Shown: positions 8,782 to 19,703 of the stretch, in pieces
Layout: each line of letters starts with the position of its first letter
How positions within the stretch are numbered: position 1 is the stretch's first letter
NCBI GenBank assembly: GCA_963693365.1
Contig: CAVNZM010000042.1
Location: forward strand, 1-34,862
DNA from: Amoebidium appalachense
Lineage: Eukaryota > Protista > Ichthyosporea
Reading direction: 5' to 3'
DNA length: 34,862 nucleotides
Notes under the pieces: model-generated
The model's input: the letters and a program-made list of their open reading frames with translations, nothing else
Told to the model about the DNA's origin: nothing
Database searches by the model: none
Translations under genes and position numbers: made by a program

Positions 8782-9813
8782 TTGGCCCCCCACTTTGCTC
8801 CGGCCGAGCTGCGTCGAGCCACCACTACCCTGCAGGAATGCCAGGCCCTGAGTCTCAACCTCGACTCTCGGGCCTTTTACTCCCGGGTGCAAAAAGTGTT
8901 CATCGATTTCTGTGTGGCATCTCGGCTGCAATCCTCCTCCGGGTCCTCCCTCCCGGCCTCCCCACACACCGTGCAACTTTTTCTCGCCTGGTGTGCCCAA
9001 CGAGGGGTACAGGCCTCTTCCTTAACCGGCTACAATTCGGCCATCACCAGGCTCCACCTCGACATGGGCCTCCCTGCTCCCTACCCCCACGACAAGTCTC
9101 TGGCCTGGTTCCTACGGGGGGTGGGCAGATGGCAGCTTTCTCACAACATCCGACCCCGTTCATCCACCAGGGAACCCCTCCTGCCCTCCCACCTCAGCCT
9201 ACTCCATGGCCAGTGCCCCACCAAGGCCTCCTCGGCCAATCTCCGGCTATGGACGGCCCTCATCGTCGGTTTCTGTGGTCTCCTCCGTTCAGGGGAATTT
9301 ACCTCCAAGACCCTGACTTCTTTCGACCCGTCCCGTCACGTTAAACGGAAGGACGTGACCTTCAGCTACACCCCCACCGGTACTTTGTCCCATGCCACCC
9401 TCCACCTGCCAACCTCTAAGACGGATGTACAGGCCCGAGGTGTCAACGTCACCCTAGCTGCCCTGCCCCTCACCCACTTCTCCCCAGCCCATCTCCTCCG
9501 GCAGTTCCTGGATACAACGTCCGGTCAACCCGACGACCCCCTCTTCAGTCTCGGTGGCATCCCCTACACCAAGAGTGCTTTCTCTGCCGATTTCCGTGCC
9601 CTCCTCTCCCGGGCAGGCCTCTCACCCTCCCGGTTTGCCGGACACAGCCTCCGCATCGGGGGGGCCACAGCACTGGCTGAGGCCGGGGTCGACGACTCCC
9701 GGATCAAACAACTCGGCAGGTGGTCCTCCGACTGCTTCCTGATCTATACCCGACTTCGTCCGGCCTCCATTGCTGCCACCACCACACGTGTATTCGCCTC
9801 TATTCTTAAGTGA
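8782..9813 (+). CDS. Tyrosine recombinase of the Ngaro element
   Basis: GLLRSGE (R), SKTD (K), GHSLRIGGAT (HxxR) and LGRWSSDCFLIY (W, Y), plus an N-terminal SAM-like segment. No ATG at the start. Confidence 0.93.
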   Translation: MAPHFAPAELRRATTTLQECQALSLNLDSRAFYSRVQKVFIDFCVASRLQSSSGSSLPASPHTVQLFLAWCAQRGVQASSLTGYNSAITRLHLDMGLPAPYPHDKSLAWFLRGVGRWQLSHNIRPRSSTREPLLPSHLSLLHGQCPTKASSANLRLWTALIVGFCGLLRSGEFTSKTLTSFDPSRHVKRKDVTFSYTPTGTLSHATLHLPTSKTDVQARGVNVTLAALPLTHFSPAHLLRQFLDTTSGQPDDPLFSLGGIPYTKSAFSADFRALLSRAGLSPSRFAGHSLRIGGATALAEAGVDDSRIKQLGRWSSDCFLIYTRLRPASIAATTTRVFASILK

Positions 9814-9841
9814 AACCTTTGGAGCAAGCATACTGCTCTCG

Positions 9842-9932
9842 TGCCGTGGTTTACAACCATTGCAGGTTCACTTTCGTCCAAGGGGATGTCCCCCTAGAGG
9901 CAACACACGTCCCGGAGTAGTTTTTCATAGAG
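9842..9932 (+). repeat. Ngaro split direct repeat B1
   Basis: 91 bp, matching 10411-10500 except for one T in a T-run. Confidence 0.9.
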
Positions 9933-10410
9933 GTTTTATTTGTGGAAATTATTGACATAAATATTTTTCTGGGTAAACACGTAGGATGGGTGTTCGATAC
10001 CAACATAACCATGTAGGCTTCATTTTCGTGTTTTAGCAGTTAGCGGTTGGCTGCCCGCACACGGGCACCAATTAGCCAATCAAAACATCAGATACCACAG
10101 ATCACTAGACCGAGTTATGATTGGCTCGGATCAGATTTCACATATCACTAGATCGATTTTGATTGGCTCAGATCGGTAGGCTTAGGTATATAAGCACGAC
10201 AGTTTTTAGCAGATCAGCAAGCTACAAACACATCTTCTGTGTTTAGCATCCACAGCCTTACAGCTATATATTCCTTTTCACCCACCCACCTACACCCACA
10301 CTCAACCCCCATTGATCCACACATACGTGCTGTTTTTTCACGGGGCGAAGACTTCCCCCGTTTTTTGGGCACATGGACCTCACGGATCAATAAATTGATG
10401 ACTGGGGGCT
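9933..10410 (+). repeat. Ngaro A2 segment (promoter-bearing copy of the missing 5' end)
   Basis: Lies between B1 and B2. Contains CCAAT/ATTGG boxes, a duplicated ATCACTAGA...GATTGGCTC unit and TATATAA at 10187-10193. A1 is absent, so the identity is inferred from Ngaro architecture. Confidence 0.6.
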
Positions 10411-10500
10411 TGCCGTGGTTTACAACCATTGCAGGTTCACTTTCGTCCAAGGGGATGTCCCCCTAGAGGCAACACACGTCCCGGAGTAGTTTTCATAGAG
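10411..10500 (+). repeat. Ngaro split direct repeat B2 (element 3' end)
   Basis: Direct repeat of 9842-9932. Confidence 0.9.
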
Positions 10501-10855
10501 CACATATATCTTCTGTGTGCAGCATATTGTGCCGATCCTACCAACATGCGCAGCTCCAGCACACATCCCCTGCAGGCCACGCCAGCACCGACCGCGCCGA
10601 CCACCAGTCGACACGATCCCCCCCTCAGTGAGAGACACGCACACCCGAACCACGCCCGGCCCCGCCCGACGCCCACCGGGCGCGCTCCCCCCGCAGACCC
10701 ACCAGCCCCGCGCCACCACCACACCGCAGACCGCACACCGTACTGCGCACCCAAACCACGCCCAGAAAGCCCGGACGCATCCCCCAAAAACGAACGATTG
10801 CCGGCACACCACACGCATGACTGCGCAATGCCGCTGCAATCTGATCCCCACATAT

Positions 10856-12210
<1,355 letters not shown>

Positions 12211-12514
12211 ACCAAAGAGTCCGATAGCCCGGAGGAAGCGCGCCAGGAGTCCAACAAGCGAGAGCCGACACGCACGCAGAATGTCCGGAAAGCGAGCGCT
12301 GACCGAAAAAAGAAGGAGCGCACGAACGTTCCAGCCACAGACCCGCCGCGCCCACAAACGCACCCAGCCCCCCACCGCACCAAAAAAACCCGACAGGGCC
12401 CCCCACTAAACCGGCCACGCCCAACGCAACCCCCCAAACCTGCCCCCCAACGCCCCAACCCAACACTCTCCCCGCTGGAAAAGCCAACCAAGCACAGGGA
12501 GACCCTAACCCCTT

Positions 12515-12545
12515 CCCCCAAAAAAAAAAAAAAAAAAAAAAAAAA

Positions 12546-12582
<37 letters not shown>

Positions 12583-12625
12583 ACCCCATACCACCCACCA
12601 AACCCCCCCCACAACCCCCCCCCAC

Positions 12626-12678
<53 letters not shown>

Positions 12679-12830
12679 CCACCAACCCCCCCCCCCCCCC
12701 CCCCACCCCACCCCCCCCCCCAACCCCTCCCCCCCCCCCCCCCCCCCCCCCACCCGGGGAGGGAGGGGCGCCCCCCAGGCCAGGAGGGGCCACACCCCCC
12801 CCCCCCCCCCCCCCCGCCCCCCCAGACCCC
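12515..12830. repeat. Poly-A, poly-C and (CA)n low-complexity tract
   Basis: Directly visible. Confidence 0.9.
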
Positions 12831-12970
12831 AGAGAGAGGGGGGGGCGCGCCAGCCCCCCCCCGAAAACTACCAGCCCCCCGCCACCAAAAAAGCCAGGCG
12901 GCACGCGGGGCAACAAGCCGGGGGAGGGGAAAGGGGGGAGAAACCCAAAAAACAACCCCCACTCTACAAT

Positions 12971-13250
12971 CAATACACAGCACAAGCGCTGCATACTATA
13001 AAGTGGCCGGACACAATAAAAACACAACTCTGGACACAGCGCCAGCACGACACCACTCTGACAAAACAATACACAGCACAAGCGCTCATACTAAAAGTGG
13101 CCGGACACAAAAACACACTCTACACACCCACCAAGGAGTACGACACCACTCTGAGGCACTCGAAAAAATCAAACACAGCACAAGCGCCAACTAAAAGTGG
13201 CCGACACAAAAAACAAACCTGACACAGCGACCACACCACTCTAGGCACTG
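12971..13250. repeat. Degenerate ~97-103 bp tandem repeat x3
   Basis: ACACAGCACAAGCGC...AAAGTGGCCG...CACCACTCT recurs from 12971, 13067 and 13170. Confidence 0.8.
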
Positions 13251-16200
13251 GCCAGACCATACAAGGAACTGAGTGAACGGAAAGAAAAAAGCGAGAGGGG
13301 AAGAGAGAGAGGAGGGGAAAAGAGGGAGAGAGGAGGGGGGGGGGAGAAGTGAGGGGGGAGGGGAATGAAGGAGAGGGAGAGGGAGGAGGGGGGGGGGGGT
13401 TGTGTGTGTGGAGAAGAGAGGGGGAGGGGGGGGGGGGGGGGGGGGGGGGGGTGTGTGTGTGAGAAGAGGAGTGGGTGTGGGGGAGGGGGAGGAGAGGGAG
13501 GGAGAGGGAGGGGGGGGGGGGGGGGGGTGTGGGGAAGAGAGAGGGAAGGAAGTGCCCCAGATTTCACGCCCGATCAGGACAAGACGCTCCACCACGTCCC
13601 TGACACCCGATATATGCCGAAACAACCCGTTTTCCGCCTCATCATCGTTAACCCCAGCTGATTTGAACATCCAGCTCACATGGGCCCTCGTCGTCCCGGC
13701 ATGCACTCCCAAATCGTGGAGTTGCGACATCATCTCATCCAGAGTAGCATCCAAGTGCGGTGAGCCGTCTTCTCCCTGCATTGGCACGAACACGTTGCTT
13801 CGCAGAGAATCTGTATAGCCTGCGAACTTTTCTCGTGTTGCCTTTTCAAGCTGCATGGGCTCACGCTGGGCGTCGGTCAGAGCGATCTGATCGACAACCA
13901 ACTGTGCGAGCCCCACCAGGACCTTCACAATGGAAAGGAGATCATTGAAAGAGACAGATGGGGCCACGCCTATATGCTCCATTTCCATGACTATGCTTTC
14001 CAGTTGACTGCTCAAATTCTCTTTGGCTAGTAAAACCGCTTTGATGTAGTCCACTAGTTCACTGTTGTTCGCAATGTTTATGGTTTCGTGACCCCACTCG
14101 CTTTTCCGTAGCTCCAACATCACCTCCTCACACGGAGTGTTCTTCAGTATCAGTTCGTGATTTTGTACTCTCTCAACAGCGCTGGCTAGTTGTGCCTTGT
14201 ACCAAGAACCTGAGGTGGCGCCAATGTTGTCAAGGCACTTGAACACAGCATTTGCGAGTGTTGCCGTGTAATTAACAACTTCAAGGACATCTGCCTCAGT
14301 CTGCTCGTCTTCCAGATTGACCGAACGATAGCCTTGGGCTTGTAAAATGTTCATAATATCACCCACCAACGTGTAGTCCTTGTGTTGATATGTCATCGAC
14401 GGAGGCTGCAGATTTTCGCCAATCAAAAACGTCAAGGTTTGGAAGGTCTTGTACACACCATCCCCGACGGAGTCAGAAGGGACTTTGGCCATCCATTCGC
14501 GGGGTATTAGTTGAAGTGCGTTGTCTATGCGCTGTCGAATGTTCTTAACGTCTTCATCGCATGAAGAAAGACGTTCCGCTGCCTTCCATAACTCCTGTGT
14601 GAGCGAAGCCTCACGGCCTGTAAGTGTTGTGATGACGTCAAAGATACCGGTTGTGTATTTCTTGAGTAGCCTGTCGACGTCGCCAGATTCATAAACCTTT
14701 AAATCCGCGTTATATGGATTCTCAAGGTGCTTAACGACAGACTGTAATGTAGCGAATAAATGCTCCACAGCAGCTTGTGTAGACAATCGTGCCAGTTTTT
14801 CATCCTTGGGAAACGTCCAAGTCCGGATTTTTGTCAGAAGCCCCTCTATGGCGTTAAGAGTAGCCATCTTTGTTTTTAGTTCTCCAATCAAGGGGCCCCA
14901 GTTTGGTTGACCGAGTTTCTTGCCAGGATGCATGATCTGGTGTACCTGTCCTATAACTCTCAGTTCACCTTGGGCGGTCATCATATTTGTCAGTTGGGTG
15001 ATGCCGTCAAGGACCATCCGCAGTTGACCTCCAACAGGTATGTCATCGTCCTTTCGAACCAGAGCCGCACGGATTAGAAGTTTGTTTATGGTTTCGAGTT
15101 TCTCCTCGACGTGGTGCAACTTTTCTGATGTCGTTTTAATCCATGGCATCTTCTTTTTTCTGTCGGGGGGAGCCTCCGGATATTTTGCTTCCTCCTCCCC
15201 CAGGAGCCGTTTAAAGGATTCTTCTATCATGTCCGAGTATTCGGTCGTAACCATCGATTTTTCAATAAACCTCCTCTGCATCCAGTCAGTTATTTCCACC
15301 TTTTTCGACAAACCCGAGTACTCAAGGACATTGTTCCATACATCTCTATGTTCTGTATAATCATCAAATAGACGCTTTACGATTGCAACTGTGTGGTCCC
15401 ACCCCGAATTTGGAGCGAATTGATGTGCGCCTCTTACAGCGTTGGATATGTCAGTTAGCGCCCTTTCGGCGGTTTGGAGCCGTTTGTTGTTCCCTTTCAA
15501 CGTTTCTAAGATCGTATCCGGGTGGATTGTGTCGCTTGGTTTTTCCCCATCGATGTAAACAACGTCTTTGATGTTGTCAATCAGGTATTCGCAAGGGCCT
15601 AGGGCCTGCTTGAGGCCTTCATTTTCTTGCTTCAGAATCTCGATCATGGCTGCGGACTCTTCGCGGCGTGAATATAGTCGGTCAACCTCAGCCCGTAACT
15701 CTTCCACGGTTTTCGTTTCTATGTAGGCCTGAGCCATCAACTGTTTTGCACGTTCATGGGGGCTCATGTGCAATTCTTCTACCTGGCCTTCCAGCGGTTT
15801 CCGCGCGTTATTGAGCTCGCGGTTCTCTTGGAGGGCTTGCTCCAGTTTTTGGTTCAGGTCTTCGTTCTCTTTGTTCGCGCGGGTAATGTCATTTTGTAAT
15901 CTAACCAGCTCTTCCTGAACTAAGCGCTGTAACTCTGCGCTCTTTTGAAGCAGTTCTGCTTGTAACTCGGCGGTCCTTTGGGCAAGCTCTCTTTTGTCCT
16001 GATCGGCGCGCTGCAGGTCTGCGTTCTTTTGAAACAGTTCTGCTTGTAACTCGGCGGTCCTTTGGGCAAGCTCTCTTTTGTCCTGATCGGCGCGCTGCAG
16101 GTCTGTGTTCTTTTGAAACAGTTCTGCTTGTAACTTGGTGTTCCTTTGGGCAAGCTCTCTTTTGTCCTGATCGGCGCGCTGCAGGTCTGTGTTCTTTTGA

Positions 16201-16823
16201 AGCAGTTCTGCTTGTAACTCGGCGGTCCTTTGGGCAAGCTCTCCTTTGTCCTGACCGGCGCGCTGCAGGTCTGCGTTCTTTTGAAGCAGTTCTGCTTGTA
16301 ACTCGGCGGTCCTTTGGGCAAGCTCTCCTTTGTCCTGATCAGCGCGCTGTAGGTCGTTGGTGCGCACAGAAGAACTATCTTGGGACTCCTTTGTGAATGG
16401 TGGGCTCCAATGTTCTGGCACCTGCAGTGCACCAACCTTCTGCAGGTCGGAGAGTGAATGGCCAGGGTCGTTGTTTGTCTGTGTTTCCTGTCCCGTGTCT
16501 GTATTTGCCTTTGGCTGAGGAGCAATGGGCATGGTTGTCTCTTGGGCTGCTGGTCCTGTACCTACATACCCCACGGACTCAGCTTGGCTTGAACGCTGGT
16601 CGGTGTGTGTCGAACCTGCTCGTTCCAAACCATCCTCCTCTGCGCGCACGGTTGTCTGTACCACGGGGGCAGGTTGTTCTGAAGAAAGTGGTTCTGGGGC
16701 CTCTGTCCGTGGTGCATCTGCCCTCCCCACAGACCCAAACGATTGAAACATCGGCACGGCATCGTCGCAGTCGTCCGTTGAATCTAGATCTATTGCGATA
16801 GCCGGCGGTGTTTGCTTATCCAT
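13191..16823 (-). CDS. Large coiled-coil protein; genuine coding probably ends at about 13550
   Basis: Open frame of more than 3.2 kb, rich in E/L/K/Q. ATG at 16823 (MDKQTPP). The C-terminal ~120 aa translate G-rich low-complexity DNA. Confidence 0.8.
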   Translation of the reverse strand: MDKQTPPAIAIDLDSTDDCDDAVPMFQSFGSVGRADAPRTEAPEPLSSEQPAPVVQTTVRAEEDGLERAGSTHTDQRSSQAESVGYVGTGPAAQETTMPIAPQPKANTDTGQETQTNNDPGHSLSDLQKVGALQVPEHWSPPFTKESQDSSSVRTNDLQRADQDKGELAQRTAELQAELLQKNADLQRAGQDKGELAQRTAELQAELLQKNTDLQRADQDKRELAQRNTKLQAELFQKNTDLQRADQDKRELAQRTAELQAELFQKNADLQRADQDKRELAQRTAELQAELLQKSAELQRLVQEELVRLQNDITRANKENEDLNQKLEQALQENRELNNARKPLEGQVEELHMSPHERAKQLMAQAYIETKTVEELRAEVDRLYSRREESAAMIEILKQENEGLKQALGPCEYLIDNIKDVVYIDGEKPSDTIHPDTILETLKGNNKRLQTAERALTDISNAVRGAHQFAPNSGWDHTVAIVKRLFDDYTEHRDVWNNVLEYSGLSKKVEITDWMQRRFIEKSMVTTEYSDMIEESFKRLLGEEEAKYPEAPPDRKKKMPWIKTTSEKLHHVEEKLETINKLLIRAALVRKDDDIPVGGQLRMVLDGITQLTNMMTAQGELRVIGQVHQIMHPGKKLGQPNWGPLIGELKTKMATLNAIEGLLTKIRTWTFPKDEKLARLSTQAAVEHLFATLQSVVKHLENPYNADLKVYESGDVDRLLKKYTTGIFDVITTLTGREASLTQELWKAAERLSSCDEDVKNIRQRIDNALQLIPREWMAKVPSDSVGDGVYKTFQTLTFLIGENLQPPSMTYQHKDYTLVGDIMNILQAQGYRSVNLEDEQTEADVLEVVNYTATLANAVFKCLDNIGATSGSWYKAQLASAVERVQNHELILKNTPCEEVMLELRKSEWGHETINIANNSELVDYIKAVLLAKENLSSQLESIVMEMEHIGVAPSVSFNDLLSIVKVLVGLAQLVVDQIALTDAQREPMQLEKATREKFAGYTDSLRSNVFVPMQGEDGSPHLDATLDEMMSQLHDLGVHAGTTRAHVSWMFKSAGVNDDEAENGLFRHISGVRDVVERLVLIGREIWGTSFPLSSPHPPPPPPPSPSLSSPSPTPTPLLTHTPPPPPPPPPPPLFSTHTTPPPLLPLPLLHSPPPSLLPPPSSLPLFPSSLSSPLAFFFPFTQFLVWSGQCLEWCGRCVRFVFCVGHF
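15936..16355 (-). repeat. 84-bp coding tandem repeat x5 (28 aa)
   Basis: DLQRADQDK(G/R)ELAQRTAELQAEL(L/F)QKN(A/T) repeated 5 times; each unit is four heptads. Confidence 0.93.
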
Positions 16824-16863
16824 GTAGAGTGCAAACAAAAAAGCTAAAAACGGAATCGCTCAT

Positions 16864-17094
16864 TCATTTTTGCGAGAGCGCTGCCATCGCTTCTGCCTCC
16901 AACAGCACTGCGGATGGCTGGGCTGGCGGCCTGCTTGGACACACGCCGCCAACTGGATGAATGCTCAGCGCAACCCCAAGACCCCTTCCCATCTCTACCC
17001 CCGTGTCCCCTACCTCCAGCCTGCTGGTAATACTCGCTAGCTCCGCCAGTGTGCGCCTCATGGCATCTGTGAGCCTTCGGTACTCGTCCGCCAT
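16864..17094 (-). CDS. Hypothetical protein (76 aa)
   Basis: ATG-started and tiles between neighbours without overlap; no homology recognised. Confidence 0.5.
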   Translation of the reverse strand: MADEYRRLTDAMRRTLAELASITSRLEVGDTGVEMGRGLGVALSIHPVGGVCPSRPPAQPSAVLLEAEAMAALSQK

Positions 17095-17133
17095 CTTGGT
17101 ATGTATTTGGATTTTTTTGTGTGCATAGCTTAC

Positions 17134-17373
17134 ATGTCAAAGTCGGGCCAGAACATACACAAGGACCTGTACCGCAGGTACGTGGAAAACTATGAAGTTG
17201 ATGAGCCCGTGCTCAAGACCATCGTGGACCGGAAATTCACAATAGCAAAACACAAGGCTGCTGTTAACGCCCGCAGGGCAACAGGCCTCCCCCTTACATA
17301 TGACCCAGAGTCGGGAAGCTATCTCTATGGGGACTACAACCCCGCTAACACCCCTTACTCGTGCAAGCCCTAA
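17134..17373 (+). CDS. Hypothetical protein (79 aa)
   Basis: ATG at 17134 after a T7 tract; protein-like composition; tiles with neighbours. Confidence 0.6.
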   Translation: MSKSGQNIHKDLYRRYVENYEVDEPVLKTIVDRKFTIAKHKAAVNARRATGLPLTYDPESGSYLYGDYNPANTPYSCKP

Positions 17374-17441
17374 ATGCAGCGAAATTAGAATTCTAGACCT
17401 AGTCTGCTTACACACATACATATGCGCTGAGCTTTGCCTGT

Positions 17442-18521
17442 CTATGCCCTTGCGCGCTCATACCACAGGCGCACATCCTCAAGCCCCCCCAGCCGCCAGG
17501 GCGCAAACGCCACCACCTTCCGGTTGCCCTGGGCCCGCATGCACTGCTGGTCTTCGCACAGCAGGCGCACCCCGTCGGTGCCAAGCAGCAGCGCCACCCT
17601 GCGGGTCTGGTGCTGTGCCTGCTTGCCAGGACAATACCGGCAGTTTGTCTGCACCAGCAGCGCGTCGGGCCCCAGCGCCTTCCAGCTCTCTGCCTGAAGG
17701 ACGATGTCGTCGGCCACGCCCAGCAGCCAGCCGGCAACACTCATGTCTGGAACGTCATCAAGCGCGCTGCGCATCACCCGCGAGCGCGTCATCTTCCGTG
17801 GGGGGTGGGGGGTGGGCGGGCGGCTACGGTCATCCACACGCACCATGCACATGCCGATGGCAAGCTCCTTATCCGCCTGCAGGGCTGCAAGCTGCTTGCC
17901 GTCTCGAACAGCGAACGTGCCTTCGCCGTTCGCATTTTCCGTGACGCGGAACACATCCTCCAGGGTGTACTCGCGGCCCACGTGCTCGCGCATGGCCGCC
18001 TTGCTGCAGTACAGGACGCGCAGGGACCCCTCGTAGGGCGTGGGGTCAAGGCTGTTTACCCAGGCGCCCGTGGTCAGCGAGCGCAGGGCATCAAGCAGAT
18101 ACCTTGCTGTAGGCGCGTCTGTCAGCAGTTCAGGCACGTGAACATGGTAGCCGCTCTTGTTACCTGCATGGCACGATGCAAAGATGATGGAGCTCCCACC
18201 AGGAATCACCGAAAGCGACGCCAGCGACTGGGCAATGTCGTTAACCAGCCCGGGGCGCATGTCCAGGGAAACCAGGGGAAGGTCCAGGTCAACAAAGAAG
18301 CGGAACCGTGGGGTCACAACCTCACAGAGATATTCGCGGTTGGCATCCTCGAACTCCTGGGCCAGGTACTTGGGAAGCCGGGCTGCCGCTTCAGGTGGGA
18401 TGGTGTACTTGCCCCCACACATGCATACGTGCGTGGCCACCTCGTCAAAGCGGTACTTGGGAAGAATGCGCATGTGCAGCCGCGACATGTAGTGCTGCTT
18501 GACAATGGTTACCGCGTCCAT
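17442..18521 (-). CDS. Archaeo-eukaryotic primase, NCLDV-herpesvirus clade (A468R/PrimPol-like), with C-terminal Zn module
   Basis: THVCMCGGK N-terminus; motif I FRFFVDLD; motif II KSGYHVH; motif III LDPTPY..SLRVLYCSK; C-terminal RYC...H...C..QQC resembling the UL52-type finger. Confidence 0.85.
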   Translation of the reverse strand: MDAVTIVKQHYMSRLHMRILPKYRFDEVATHVCMCGGKYTIPPEAAARLPKYLAQEFEDANREYLCEVVTPRFRFFVDLDLPLVSLDMRPGLVNDIAQSLASLSVIPGGSSIIFASCHAGNKSGYHVHVPELLTDAPTARYLLDALRSLTTGAWVNSLDPTPYEGSLRVLYCSKAAMREHVGREYTLEDVFRVTENANGEGTFAVRDGKQLAALQADKELAIGMCMVRVDDRSRPPTPHPPRKMTRSRVMRSALDDVPDMSVAGWLLGVADDIVLQAESWKALGPDALLVQTNCRYCPGKQAQHQTRRVALLLGTDGVRLLCEDQQCMRAQGNRKVVAFAPWRLGGLEDVRLWYERARA

Positions 18522-18808
18522 GACTAGTCTTGCACAGTCTGCTAACAAAAGGTTTTACAAACTGACTGAACTGGCTGAGAGTCAGTGAGCCGCTGATATA
18601 GAAGCGCAAGATCACAATGGAATGCAGCAAGACCCTCAAATTTGATTGGACCGCTTTTGCCGTGATTCGATTGGTTACTCGCACATTTTTTCACGGTCTA
18701 TCCGATTGGTCGGTTTTGATTGGATGGTCCATCTTCTCGATTACGATTGGATGACCGATCTTGTCCACTTTTGATAAGCCACATGGCCGTTTTTTGCGCG
18801 CCTGTTGT

Positions 18809-19609
18809 ATGGAGACATCTGTGAACTTCGAGACTCGCATGCGCTTGTTTCAGGTCGTGGAATCCCAGATGGCTCTGATGGGCTGCACGGCAGTTCTGTT
18901 TGGGGGATTTCTTCGGAGGTTGGTGGCCGGGGAGCCCCTTGATTGCGACCTGGATGTGTATGCACAGCCGTACATGACACGCGCACACATGGATCATCTC
19001 TGCACACTACTGGTCATGGTGGGGTGGTGCAGCTCATGGACGCTGCTACGACCCTTTGCAGAGTATGAGATAGGGGTCCGTCGGCTTCACATGCGCATCG
19101 ATGGTGTGAGTTTCGGCCTGGATCTGGTGCCCTCCCCGCCACCAGGCGTAGACTTCGACGTCTGCAACCTTCAATATGCAAACAACACCCTGTCATCACG
19201 CGTCCCCCCAGCCCCTCTTCTCACGACCATCTGGTCAGCACGCACACGCACGGCTTGCGCCATTCCCAACCCCCCCAGCACCGAAAAGCCCCCACGTGCG
19301 CACAATGGACGTTTAGGTTATGATGTTCGTTTATTGAGGCGCCAAGCCAAGCTGGCCAAGGCTGGTTACAGTGTTTGGGGTGCCTTCGATGTGGCGCCCC
19401 TTCCCGATGACGCTGTGTGCCCCATCAAGCTCGAGCACACCGATTTTGCCGTGACCTTGCATTGCGGGCACCGATTTGATGTTGCTCAGTTTCTGACGCT
19501 GCTCAGGGTTGTCTCCGGCGCCCGCTGTCCCATGTGCCGCGCCCACGTGGCCATTCTAAGGCGTACCGGCACCCCCGGCGCAGGGGCACGTGTTCGTGCG
19601 GCGGGTTAG
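18809..19609 (+). CDS. Pol-beta-family nucleotidyltransferase-like domain fused to a degenerate RING/U-box
   Basis: LFGGFLR...DCDLDVY, LDLV and DFDVCNL (class II NTase-like). C-terminal CPI...LHCGHRF...CPMCR. Confidence 0.72.
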   Translation: METSVNFETRMRLFQVVESQMALMGCTAVLFGGFLRRLVAGEPLDCDLDVYAQPYMTRAHMDHLCTLLVMVGWCSSWTLLRPFAEYEIGVRRLHMRIDGVSFGLDLVPSPPPGVDFDVCNLQYANNTLSSRVPPAPLLTTIWSARTRTACAIPNPPSTEKPPRAHNGRLGYDVRLLRRQAKLAKAGYSVWGAFDVAPLPDDAVCPIKLEHTDFAVTLHCGHRFDVAQFLTLLRVVSGARCPMCRAHVAILRRTGTPGAGARVRAAG

Positions 19610-19684
19610 TCAGTGGCGTCTGCGGCTCTTGCGGCGATGGCCGACGCGCTTTCTGCGGTAGCGCTTCCTGCGTAGTGTACTCAT
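19610..19684 (-). CDS. Arginine-rich protamine-like micro-protein (24 aa), not in the ORF track
   Basis: Translates as MSTLRRKRYRRKRVGHRRKSRRRH*. It fills the gap between two genes, and its TGA abuts the TAG of the convergent RING gene. Confidence 0.62.
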   Translation of the reverse strand: MSTLRRKRYRRKRVGHRRKSRRRH

Positions 19685-19703
19685 AGCTTCAGCGGTTGCA
19701 ACG

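Larger units (their letters stand above)
5983..10500 (+). mobile_element. Ngaro-type (DIRS order) tyrosine-recombinase retrotransposon, 5'-truncated
   Basis: gag, RT/RNaseH and YR lie on one strand, followed by split direct repeats B1-A2-B2. No methyltransferase domain is seen. The 5' A1 repeat and the gag start are missing. Confidence 0.9.

Noticed and set aside
8782-9813. Tyrosine recombinase as a phage integrase or the integrase of the viral segment
   Set aside because: It is embedded in gag-RT-YR order with split direct repeats, so it belongs to the Ngaro element.
17610-18527. 305-aa plus-strand ORF and similar antisense ORFs (882-1619, 27562-28503, 29446-30246, 30167-30853)
   Set aside because: Shadow frames of GC3-rich genes on the opposite strand that carry the recognisable motifs or tile better.
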